Source: Gemmata obscuriglobus (lineage in GTDB: Bacteria > Planctomycetota > Planctomycetia > Gemmatales > Gemmataceae). Taken from it: a DNA stretch of 32,000 nucleotides. Within the stretch, counting starts at the first letter, position 1. Each line of letters starts with the position of its first letter. Made by a program: the position numbers and the translations under genes. The stretch is from contig NZ_CP042911.1 of the NCBI RefSeq assembly GCF_008065095.1, positions 4,980,001-5,012,000 of the forward strand. The letters run 5' to 3'. Shown here in pieces: positions 19,284-27,548 of the stretch. The notes under the pieces were generated by a model. That model had not been told where the DNA came from. It did no database searches and saw only the letters and a program-made list of their open reading frames with translations.

Positions 19284-20633
19284 TTAGCTGACGAGTTCCT
19301 TGATCCAGTACGAGTTGGTCTTCTCGTTCGGCTTCTCGCCGGCGACGTAGTACGGACGCCCCAGGTTGTCGCGAACGCTCGCGTTCTGCTCCGGGGTCGG
19401 GTCGATGCCGAGGGCGCGGTAGATCGTGCCGTACATGTCGTTGACGCTGGCGGGGTTGTCCACGGCCGCGGTGCCGTCCTTGTCGGTCGCACCGTACACC
19501 ACGCCGCCCTTGATGTTACCGCCGCCGAGCACCACGCTCCAGGCCCGCGGGTAGTGGTCGCGGCCGCCGTTCTGGTTGATGCGCGGGGTGCGCCCGAAGT
19601 CGCCCATCCACACCACCACGGTGTCCTTCAGCCGGCCGCGGTCGGCCAGGTCCCGCATCAGGGCGCCCATCCCCTTGTCCAGGGTCGGCAGGGCGCGGGT
19701 GGCGAGGGCGTTGAAGATGCCGTTGTGCATGTCCCAGCCGCCGAGGCTTACTTCCACGCACGACACGCCCGCCTCGACCAGCTTGCGGGCCAGGAGGCAC
19801 CCGCGTCCGAAGTTGTTGGCGCCGGCCCCCGCCGCCCCGTACTCTTCCTTCAGCGACGCGGAGATCGGCTTGCCGTCGATCTCCTTCTCGAGGTTGAACA
19901 CTTCCTTCCGGGAGCTGACCACGAGGCTGAGGGCCTTTTCGTACACTTCTTTGTGCGCCTGCGCGGCGTCCATCACCGGCTTCTTGCCCTCGTGCTGGAC
20001 CAAACCGCCTTCGAGGCGGTCGAACAGCGCGGCGCGGCGGACGGTGCGGTCGTCGGCGACGGCCGAGGAGACGTTTTCCGGCGGGCTGCCGGGGTTCTGG
20101 ACGGTGAACGGGGCGTACTTCATGCCGAGGAAGCCCGACCCGACCTGACCGCCGCCGACCGAGATGAACGACGGGATGTCGGCGTTCTTGGCCGCTTCCG
20201 GGTCCATGCCGGTGTAGTAGCTGAGCACGGAACCGATCGACGGGTAGTCGATGACCGGGCTGCGCTGCTTGCCGGTGTTCATGATGAACGTGCCGCGGGC
20301 GTGGTCGCCCTCGAGCGAGTTCAGCGAGCGGATGATCGACAGGTTCTTGAACTGGGCCGCGACCTTCGGCAGGTGCTCGGTGATCTCGATGCCGCTGGCC
20401 GCGGTCGGCTTCGGCCGGTGCTCGCCGCCGTTGGGGCTGCCCGGCTTCATGTCCCACAGGTCGATCGTCGTCGGGCCGCCGCCCATCCACAGGACGATGA
20501 GGCTCTTCTGCTTCTTCTTGAGTTCCGCGGCGCGGGCCTTGAGGCCGGCGAGGAAGTTCAGCCCGGGCACCGTGACGGCGGCACCGGCCGCCGCGTGCTT
20601 CATGAAGTGCCGACGATCGGTGATTCCGAACAT
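19284..20633 (-). CDS. DUF1501 domain protein (sulfatase-like fold) with twin-arginine signal
   Basis: MFGITDRRHFMKHAAAGAAVTVPG TAT motif, then LIVLWMGGGPTTIDLWDMKP, SLGGWDMH, WMGDFGRTP and GGRDHYP, typical of planctomycete DUF1501 proteins. Only the last 449 codons of the tracked 1087-aa ORF are coding. Confidence 0.88.
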   Translation of the reverse strand: MFGITDRRHFMKHAAAGAAVTVPGLNFLAGLKARAAELKKKQKSLIVLWMGGGPTTIDLWDMKPGSPNGGEHRPKPTAASGIEITEHLPKVAAQFKNLSIIRSLNSLEGDHARGTFIMNTGKQRSPVIDYPSIGSVLSYYTGMDPEAAKNADIPSFISVGGGQVGSGFLGMKYAPFTVQNPGSPPENVSSAVADDRTVRRAALFDRLEGGLVQHEGKKPVMDAAQAHKEVYEKALSLVVSSRKEVFNLEKEIDGKPISASLKEEYGAAGAGANNFGRGCLLARKLVEAGVSCVEVSLGGWDMHNGIFNALATRALPTLDKGMGALMRDLADRGRLKDTVVVWMGDFGRTPRINQNGGRDHYPRAWSVVLGGGNIKGGVVYGATDKDGTAAVDNPASVNDMYGTIYRALGIDPTPEQNASVRDNLGRPYYVAGEKPNEKTNSYWIKELVS

Positions 20634-21014
20634 TCCGCAGGCTCCCAAAAGTGACCGGGCAGGCCGGCCGGGTGGCGAAACCGAGTGTATCTCAGAAGTC
20701 CGGTCCGAGCAACTGCTTGCGGCGGGTCGCGGAACGCGTCGCGGGCCGGTTCTGTTTTTCTGACGCGAACGGTATTCGGAAGTTCCCGAAGCGGCCGAAA
20801 AAGTCCCGGTTCCGAACGCCGCCCGACACGATTCGTGCGCCGGCCGATTGCGGCCCCTCACCTTTGCCCTCACGACAGAAAGGCGGGACGCTCGGCCGTG
20901 TCCGGATTCGGCCCGCCCCCTCACAGAACCTTCGTGGTGCGAACCGCGAACCCGTTGTAACCTATCGACTCTTTTGCGGTATCCGTACTGCCGCCGTGCT
21001 TCCGGAGGAACTTG

Positions 21015-22382
21015 ATGACCGCACCCGCCGAACCGTCCCAGCCCCCCGGGGCGCACATTTCGCGCGGCGAATGGGGGCTGATCCTGCTGCTGATGGCGAT
21101 CCAGTTCACGCACATGGTGGACTTCGTCATCATCATGCCGCTCGGCGGCCGGCTCATCGACGAGTTGTCGCTCAAGGAGGCGCAGTTTGCCCACATCGTC
21201 TCCGCGTACGCGTGGGCGGCCGGGGTCGCGAGCCTCGCCGCGAGCTTCGTGATGGACCGGTTCGACCGCAAGACCGTGCTGCTCACGATGTACGCCGGGT
21301 TCACGCTCAGCACGCTGTTCTGCGGGCTCGCGGGCGGGTATGAGTTGCTGCTCCTGTCGCGCACGCTGGCCGGGGCGTTCGGCGGCACCGCAGCGGTGGC
21401 GCTGATGTCCGTTATCGGCGACGTGTTCCCGCCCGAGAAGCGCGGGCGGGCGAGCGGCGCGGTGATGTCGTCGTTCGCGGTCGCGTCCATCGCGGGATTG
21501 CCGGCGGGGCTGATGCTCGCGGAGTGGTTCGGACGCGGGGCACCGTTCCTGGTGCTCGCGGCGCTGAGCGCGCTCGTTTGGGCGCTCGTCTGGTCCAAAC
21601 TGCCGCCGGTGCGCGGCCACCTCACCGACAACCGCCCGAACCGCTGGGCCGAGTTCGGCGAGGTGGTGAGCAACCGCACCTACCTGGGAGCGTTCGCGTT
21701 CTCCTTCTTCCTGGTGCTCGGCACGTTCACGGTCGCGTCGTTCATCGGCCCGTACTTGAAAGCCCTCAACGGGTGGACGGAGCGGCAGCTCGCACAACTG
21801 TATTTCGTCGCGGGCGCCTGCACCCTCGTCGGCATGACCGTCGTGGGCCGGCTCTCGGACAAGCTCCCGCGGCTCACGCTGTTCCGGGTGATCGGATCGG
21901 CGGCGATCGTCATGGCGCTGGTGGTGACCCACCTCCCGGCGGGGCCGCTGTGGGTGGCCGCGATCGCGATGAGCGCGTTCATGGTCGTCGCGGCGGGGCG
22001 GATGGTGCCGGTTCAAGCGCTGCTGCTGGGCGTTGCGAGCCCGAAGAACCGCGGCGCGTTCATGAGCGTGAACACCGCGGTGCAGCACGCCGCCACGGGC
22101 CTCGCCCCGCTGATCGCCGGCGCGCTGGTGACCCTCAACCCGCTCCCCCCGGTCGGGTTCGAGAACGTCGGCTGGGTCGCGGCGGTCACGGCTGCGATTT
22201 CGCTCGTGCTGGCGGGTGTGCTGAAACCGGCCCCGGCCGACAAGTCGCCGCTCGATGCGATCGACGCCCCGGTGTCGGACGCCCTCGGACTCCCGGAGGC
22301 ACACGACAACCGCGGCCCGGTCGTGGCGAAACCGATCTCGCCCGAGGAGCCGACGCCGGAAATCGCGAAGGTGGTGTCGTAA
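21015..22382 (+). CDS. MFS transporter
   Basis: GGAGG lies 6 nt upstream of the ATG. There are about 12 hydrophobic segments, an MDRFDRKTVL loop 2-3 motif and a GRLSDKLPR second-half motif. Confidence 0.85.
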   Translation: MTAPAEPSQPPGAHISRGEWGLILLLMAIQFTHMVDFVIIMPLGGRLIDELSLKEAQFAHIVSAYAWAAGVASLAASFVMDRFDRKTVLLTMYAGFTLSTLFCGLAGGYELLLLSRTLAGAFGGTAAVALMSVIGDVFPPEKRGRASGAVMSSFAVASIAGLPAGLMLAEWFGRGAPFLVLAALSALVWALVWSKLPPVRGHLTDNRPNRWAEFGEVVSNRTYLGAFAFSFFLVLGTFTVASFIGPYLKALNGWTERQLAQLYFVAGACTLVGMTVVGRLSDKLPRLTLFRVIGSAAIVMALVVTHLPAGPLWVAAIAMSAFMVVAAGRMVPVQALLLGVASPKNRGAFMSVNTAVQHAATGLAPLIAGALVTLNPLPPVGFENVGWVAAVTAAISLVLAGVLKPAPADKSPLDAIDAPVSDALGLPEAHDNRGPVVAKPISPEEPTPEIAKVVS

Positions 22383-22438
22383 ATTGCGATCTGGAGTACC
22401 CGGCGGCGGGCGTGGAAGCCGCCGCCACCGAGCCACAG

Positions 22439-22780
22439 TCAGAGGTTGGCACAGACGACTTGGTACTCGATCCGCATCCGGTGAACGCCGTCCGGTTGTG
22501 GCGCCCACTCGCGGGCACCAGGAACCTCCGCCACCTGATGCCCCCAACCGGCGACCAACTCATCCAGGAACCGCCGGGCGGTGCTCAACACACTCTCCCG
22601 CTCTGTTTCGGCCAGAACCGCACGGCAGTCCACCGTCAGCACCACCGAATCGCCGTCGGGCACGTCACCGCCGATTTCGAGCCGGCCGACAGTAACGTCC
22701 TCTTCTCCGCGCACGATCCGGTAGCGGCGCGTCGGGTCGTTGGCCCGCATCGGGATCTTCGCGAACCGGAACACGTCCAT
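22439..22780 (-). CDS. hypothetical protein (113 aa)
   Basis: The ATG at 22780 (MDVFRFAKIPMRANDPTRRYRIV...) is followed by strongly G/C-biased third positions. The upstream part of the tracked 180-aa ORF looks non-coding. No family recognised. Confidence 0.5.
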   Translation of the reverse strand: MDVFRFAKIPMRANDPTRRYRIVRGEEDVTVGRLEIGGDVPDGDSVVLTVDCRAVLAETERESVLSTARRFLDELVAGWGHQVAEVPGAREWAPQPDGVHRMRIEYQVVCANL

Positions 22781-22996
22781 CGTTCTCACCTGCTGCACCT
22801 GGGAACTCGTTGGGCTGATTTTATCGCGCGGACAGGTGCATTGTTTTGGAAGGAGCCGTGGCCGCGGGGAGCGGGCGAAGTCTCCCGCACAACCCCTGTC
22901 GGTCACAGCGCATCGAATGTGCACCGCAACCACGCCCGCCTGCTCGGATAGTAAAGCGTGGGCGACGCGGCGCGGACGCAATCCGCCGCACCGGTA

Positions 22997-24262
22997 TCAG
23001 GATGCGGTAACGCCGCCCGAGCTTTTGGAGTCGCCGGGGCGGGCGGCGCCTTTGTTCCCGTCCTCTACCGAAATGACGGTTGTGAGCTCCGGGTCGCCGG
23101 CCGCGGCCCGCTCGATGGCTTCGAGCCGCGCCCGCTCGGTGGCCGGGTCGTCGATCTTCAGTTCCACCGCCGGCCCCGAGCTCATCAGGTGGCCCCACCC
23201 CTGCCACCCGATCACCTGCGTGCAGACCGCCTTCAGCGCGGCCATCAGCGGCATCGCCAGGAACAGCCCCGCGATCCCCCACACCTGATGCCAGTAAAGG
23301 CAGGCGAGCAGCACCGTCGTCGCGTTGAGGTCCATGCTCCGGCCCATCACCCACGGGACGATGATGTACCCCTCGAACGTCACCACGCAGGTGTAGAAGA
23401 TGGCGATCCCGAACGCGGCCAGCGGGTCCACGAACAGCAGCGCGTCCAGGAACGGCGGGATGCCGGCCGCGATGGTGCCGATGTACGGCACGTAGCTGAG
23501 GACCGCCACCAGCAGCGCCCACAGGTACCAGTGCTGCAACCCCACCTGCTGGTACACCGTGCCGAGCACAAGGGCGAGGCCCAGGTTCACGACCGTGCGC
23601 CACACCAGGTACGTCCGGATCGCCTCCCCCATCTCCGCGAACGCCAGCGTGACCCGCCCGCGGGTCTCCATCGACGTGCCGAAGATCGCCTTCACTTTGT
23701 CCGCCAGCATCTGCCCCTCGAAGATCAGGAACAGCGTGATGAACAGCACCAGAATGGCCTGCCAGAGGTGGTCCAGGCCCGCCAGCGAGAGCCGCGCGAG
23801 TACCGAGGACATGGAGTCCTCGCTCAACTGCTTCCGGAGCAGCGCCACCGCCTTCGGGTGCCGCTCGGGGTGCTGCTGGTCGGCCCGTCCGAACACCTCG
23901 TCGTCGTCGTGGATGGGGAACAGGGTGCCGAGGTTCGACTGGACCTTGTTGTACTGGCCGATCCACTGCTCCTCGCTCTGTGGGAGGCCTTTGAGGGTTT
24001 GTGGGATGGCCCAGGCGAACGCCCCGATCACGACCAAGTGCAGCGCGACCAGCGCGAAGATCGACAGGAGGCAGGCGAAGAACCACGGCACGAGCAGCCG
24101 CTCGTGCGTGAACTGCGCGAACGGGTACAGGATCGAGGCCAGCAGGATCGAGAACACGACCGGGATGAAGATGCTGCTGCCGAGGTACAGGGCGACCGAG
24201 ATGCCGAACACGGCACACAGGTTCAGCCCGACGCGGGTGGCGAGTGTGAGGCTCAGGTTCAT
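22997..24262 (-). CDS. AI-2E family transporter (PerM/YhhT-like, UPF0118)
   Basis: Multi-pass membrane protein with the family-typical C-terminal half (SYVPYIGTIAAGIPPFLDALL...FEGYIIVPWVMGRSMDLN...LFLAMPLMAALK). Confidence 0.85.
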   Translation of the reverse strand: MNLSLTLATRVGLNLCAVFGISVALYLGSSIFIPVVFSILLASILYPFAQFTHERLLVPWFFACLLSIFALVALHLVVIGAFAWAIPQTLKGLPQSEEQWIGQYNKVQSNLGTLFPIHDDDEVFGRADQQHPERHPKAVALLRKQLSEDSMSSVLARLSLAGLDHLWQAILVLFITLFLIFEGQMLADKVKAIFGTSMETRGRVTLAFAEMGEAIRTYLVWRTVVNLGLALVLGTVYQQVGLQHWYLWALLVAVLSYVPYIGTIAAGIPPFLDALLFVDPLAAFGIAIFYTCVVTFEGYIIVPWVMGRSMDLNATTVLLACLYWHQVWGIAGLFLAMPLMAALKAVCTQVIGWQGWGHLMSSGPAVELKIDDPATERARLEAIERAAAGDPELTTVISVEDGNKGAARPGDSKSSGGVTAS

Positions 24263-24316
24263 CTTGCGTTCGTACCCGTAAGGAACCCGGCGCGCCGCGA
24301 CGGAGCCGCGGGCACG

Positions 24317-25192
24317 TTAACCGTCGATCTGTTGTGCCGCGGCGAGCGTGTTGTGGAGCAGCATGGTGATCGTCATCGGCCCGACCCCGCCGGGCACCGG
24401 CGACACCCACCCGGCCACGTCCCACACGCCCGGGTGAACGTCGCCGCACCAGCGCCCGTTCACGTTATTCGTTCCGACATCGATCACGACCGCACCGGGG
24501 CGCACCATATCGGCAGTAAGAAACTCCGGAACGCCCGCCGCCGCGACGAGCACGTCGGCCCCGCGGCACACGGCGGCGAGGTCGGAGGTGCGGGTGTGGG
24601 CGACGGTCACCGTCGCGTCCGCGGCGGCGGGGTTCGCGGCCGTCGGCTTCTGCATGAGCATCAGCGCGAGCGGCTTGCCGACGATGTTACTGCGGCCGAC
24701 GACGACGACCGATTTTCCCGCGAGGGAAACGCCGTTGCGGGTCAGCAACTGGATCACGCCGTGCGGCGTGCAGGGGTAGAACCGCGGGTGCCCGGCGGCC
24801 AACAGCCCGACGTTTTCCGGGTGGAAGCAATCGACATCCTTGGCGGGCGCAACTGCCCGGATGACCGCCTCGCCGTCGATCTGTTTGGGCAGCGGGAGTT
24901 GGACCAGAATGCCGTGAACGGCGGGGTCGGCGTTGAGCTGCGCGACCAGAGCGAGTAGCTCGGCCTGCGAGGTGGTCGCGGGCAGTCGGTGGGCCGCCGT
25001 GGCGAACCCCACATCCTGGCAGGCCTTGTGCTTGTTCTTGACGTACTGCTGGCTGGCCGGGTCTTCGCCGACCAGCACGGCCGCGAGCCCGGGGGCTCGC
25101 TTCCCGGCCGCGGCACGCGCCTGGACCTGGGTCGCGATCTCGCCCCGCATCGTTGCGGCAAGAGCCTTTCCGTCGAGCTTTTGAGCCGGCAT
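24317..25192 (-). CDS. folD: bifunctional methylenetetrahydrofolate dehydrogenase/methenyltetrahydrofolate cyclohydrolase
   Basis: LVGEDPASQQYVKNKHKAC, GILVQLPLP, CTPHGV, VVVVGRSNIVGKP and PVPGGVGPMTITMLL. Confidence 0.93.
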   Translation of the reverse strand: MPAQKLDGKALAATMRGEIATQVQARAAAGKRAPGLAAVLVGEDPASQQYVKNKHKACQDVGFATAAHRLPATTSQAELLALVAQLNADPAVHGILVQLPLPKQIDGEAVIRAVAPAKDVDCFHPENVGLLAAGHPRFYPCTPHGVIQLLTRNGVSLAGKSVVVVGRSNIVGKPLALMLMQKPTAANPAAADATVTVAHTRTSDLAAVCRGADVLVAAAGVPEFLTADMVRPGAVVIDVGTNNVNGRWCGDVHPGVWDVAGWVSPVPGGVGPMTITMLLHNTLAAAQQIDG

Positions 25193-25261
25193 TGCGCTGT
25201 CTGTGTTCGTGGGTGTGGTTTCAGGATGTCGTTGTAGGCGGGACGGGGCCGCTCGTTTTCT

Positions 25262-25298
25262 GAAAACAACGAGTGCGGGAGGCCGAGCGGCCTCCCGC
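25262..25298 (-). terminator. intrinsic terminator-like hairpin after the sirtuin gene
   Basis: Perfect 10-bp stem gcgggaggcc / ggcctcccgc with a 4-nt loop. On the minus strand it is followed by actcgttgttttc, which is T-rich. Confidence 0.5.
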
Positions 25299-25314
25299 GC
25301 CTTTGAAGTGCCCT

Positions 25315-26064
25315 CTACCCGAGTCGCTGAAGCAGCTTCGGGAGCACCTCACCTGACGGTCCGTAAAGCCCAATGTCGGCGTACGCGCTGGCCTCGGTGC
25401 GGGTGATGTTCACTTCGATCACCGTTGCACCTTTGCGCCGCGCGATCGGAACGAGCGACGCGGCCGGGTGAACCACCGCCGATGTGCCGACCACCAGCAG
25501 CGTGTCGCACTCGCTCGCGCTCACCATCGCTTCCATCCAGATGTCGTCGGGCAGCCCCTCACCGAACCAGACGATATGCGGACGCAGCCGGCCGTGGCAC
25601 TGCGGGCACTCCGGCGCGTCTCCGAGCGGTTCCAACCCGCGGTTCGTGACAGCCTCACAAACGGTGCAACGCGTTTGGCGCAAGCTGCCGTGAATCTCAA
25701 GAACCCGACGGCTGCCGGCTTGGAGGTGAAGGCCGTCGACGTTCTGTGTCACCAGCTTGAAGTTGTCGCCGAAGCGGTCTTCGAGCGCAACAAGAGCGAA
25801 GTGCCCCGGGTTGGGTTTCACGGTCGCGACGTTCGCGCGGCGGGCGTTGTAGAACTGCCACACGAGCGCCGGGTTGCGGTCCCAGCCGTCGGGGCTGGCC
25901 ACGTCCTCAATGCGGTGCCCTTCCCAGAGCCCGTCCGAGGCGCGGAACGTGGGCACCCCGCTCTCGGCCGAAATGCCCGCTCCTGTGAGCACACAGACGC
26001 TCTTGGCGGCCCGCAACCAGCGGGCGGCTCGATCGAGGGCGTCGTTGAGTTCGTCGTCGGTCAT
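25315..26064 (-). CDS. cobB: NAD-dependent protein deacylase, CobB/Sir2 family (249 aa)
   Basis: GAGISAESGVPTFR, QNVDGLH, Zn-ribbon cysteines CTVCEAV...CPQCHG and VVGTSAVVHPAA. The ATG at 26064 is chosen; the tracked 427-aa ORF has an Arg/Gly-rich non-coding-looking leader. Confidence 0.88.
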   Translation of the reverse strand: MTDDELNDALDRAARWLRAAKSVCVLTGAGISAESGVPTFRASDGLWEGHRIEDVASPDGWDRNPALVWQFYNARRANVATVKPNPGHFALVALEDRFGDNFKLVTQNVDGLHLQAGSRRVLEIHGSLRQTRCTVCEAVTNRGLEPLGDAPECPQCHGRLRPHIVWFGEGLPDDIWMEAMVSASECDTLLVVGTSAVVHPAASLVPIARRKGATVIEVNITRTEASAYADIGLYGPSGEVLPKLLQRLG

Positions 26065-26138
26065 TCGCGATTCCCAGTTGGCCGACCGGGGGACCGTTTG
26101 AGAATAACCGCTGCGCCCGCCGCTGGCAACGCGGTGGT

Positions 26139-27488
26139 TCACCCGGTGACGACCGAGCCGGCTTCCCGGCACAGTTGCGCGGTCCGCTCCGGATCGGGCG
26201 TTTCGGCGATCACCCGCACCACCGGCTCGGTGTTGCTGCCGCGCACGTGCAGCCACCAGTCGGGGCCGTCGAGCCGCAGCCCGTCGTCGCGGTTGATCGT
26301 CGCCTCCGGCCACCGCGCTTCGAGAGCCGCGATCGCGTCCGGGAGCCGCTCGCGCGAGATGGTAAACTTGGTTTTGAGCATCGCGTACCGGGGCAGTTCG
26401 GCGACGAGCTGCGAGAACGGCTTGCGCTCCTCGGCCATCAGCGACAGGATGAACGCCATCCCCACGAACGGGTCGCGCACCCACCCGATGCGCGGGTCGA
26501 TGACGCCGCCGTTGCCTTCGCCCCCGAGTACCGCGCCGGTCTCGCGCATGAGGGCGACCACGTTCGCCTCGCCGACCGCCGAGCGGACGCACGGGCACCC
26601 CGCGGCCGCCGCCACGTCCTGGTTCATCCGCGACGTGGACATGTTGATGGCGACCGTGCCGGGCTGCTGCCGGAGCCGGTACTTCACGGCGAGCGCGAGC
26701 GTGGCCTCCTCGCTCACGCAGTCCCCGTTCTCATCGATCAGCGCCAGGCGATCGGAGTCGGGGTCGAGCACGAACCCGATCGCGCACTCGTGCTGCTTCA
26801 CCCAGGGGGCCACGTCAACAAGGTGAGCCGGGATCGGTTCGGGCTCGTGCGCGAACACGCCGGTCGCCTCGCACCCGTGCGCGATCACCTCGCAACCGAA
26901 GTCGGTGAGCATCTTCACCCCGAGCGGGCCGCCGGCGCCGCCGTTGGCGTCGAGGAACACCCGGAAGCGCTGCCCCGCGACCGCCGCGACGCTGACCGTG
27001 TCGAGTACGGCCTGCACGTGATCCGCGCCGACGTCCGGGGGGACGCCGACGGTGCCGATTCCGTTCCACGCCGCGCGGGCGAAGTCGCCGGATTCGTACA
27101 GCCCGCGGATGACGGCACCGGCGGCGGCCGGTAGCACCGCGCCGTCGGAGCCGAACATCTTCAGCCCGTTCCACGGTGCCGGGTTGTGGCTCGCGGTGAT
27201 CTGGATCGCGCCCGCGGCGTTCAACTGCCGCACCGCGAACCCGCACGTGGGCGTCGAGGCGATCCCGAGGTCTTCGACCTTGCAACCGGCGCTGAGCAGC
27301 CCCGCCGTAACCGCGTGGCGGAGCATTTCGCCGCTGGGGCGCCCGTCGTTGGAGACGATGACCCGTTTGCCGGCCACGGTCGAACCGTAGGCGGCCGCGA
27401 ACCGGGTGGCGGCTTCGGCGGTGAGGCCCGCGCCGACGATTCCGCGAATGCCCGAGACGGACACGATGAGATCGGACGGAACCGCCAT
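26139..27488 (-). CDS. alpha-D-phosphohexomutase family enzyme (phosphoglucosamine mutase / phosphomannomutase-like)
   Basis: SVSGIRG, the catalytic TASHNPAPWNGLK, the metal loop DPDSDR and GGEGNGG. The tracked start at 27494 is TTG; the ATG is at 27488. Confidence 0.88.
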   Translation of the reverse strand: MAVPSDLIVSVSGIRGIVGAGLTAEAATRFAAAYGSTVAGKRVIVSNDGRPSGEMLRHAVTAGLLSAGCKVEDLGIASTPTCGFAVRQLNAAGAIQITASHNPAPWNGLKMFGSDGAVLPAAAGAVIRGLYESGDFARAAWNGIGTVGVPPDVGADHVQAVLDTVSVAAVAGQRFRVFLDANGGAGGPLGVKMLTDFGCEVIAHGCEATGVFAHEPEPIPAHLVDVAPWVKQHECAIGFVLDPDSDRLALIDENGDCVSEEATLALAVKYRLRQQPGTVAINMSTSRMNQDVAAAAGCPCVRSAVGEANVVALMRETGAVLGGEGNGGVIDPRIGWVRDPFVGMAFILSLMAEERKPFSQLVAELPRYAMLKTKFTISRERLPDAIAALEARWPEATINRDDGLRLDGPDWWLHVRGSNTEPVVRVIAETPDPERTAQLCREAGSVVTG

Positions 27489-27548
27489 CGGCAAACCCTT
27501 GGTGCGAAACGGGCGACGAAGGGTGTTGTACGGACGGCTCTCGCACCC

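Noticed and set aside
19284-22547. 1087-aa minus-strand ORF, the longest in this part of the track
   Set aside because: Only the last 449 codons, from the ATG at 20633 with a TAT signal, are DUF1501-like. The upstream ~640 codons are Arg/Pro/Gly/His-rich low-complexity sequence lying antisense to a well-supported MFS transporter gene and across an intergenic spacer. This is a typical high-GC shadow ORF.
22821-24958. 542-aa minus-strand and 666-aa plus-strand ORFs overlapping the AI-2E transporter and folD
   Set aside because: They are off-frame or antisense shadows of genes with clear family motifs, and their composition is dominated by R/G/P/D/H.
25315-26064. Sir2-domain protein two genes downstream of the RT as a possible NAD-depleting retron/defence effector
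   Set aside because: It has the compact CobB-type sirtuin architecture with canonical GAGISAESGVPTFR, QNVDGLH and a four-Cys zinc ribbon. It has no extra sensor or effector domains, is separated from the RT by a housekeeping mutase, and has its own terminator. It is most simply a housekeeping deacylase.
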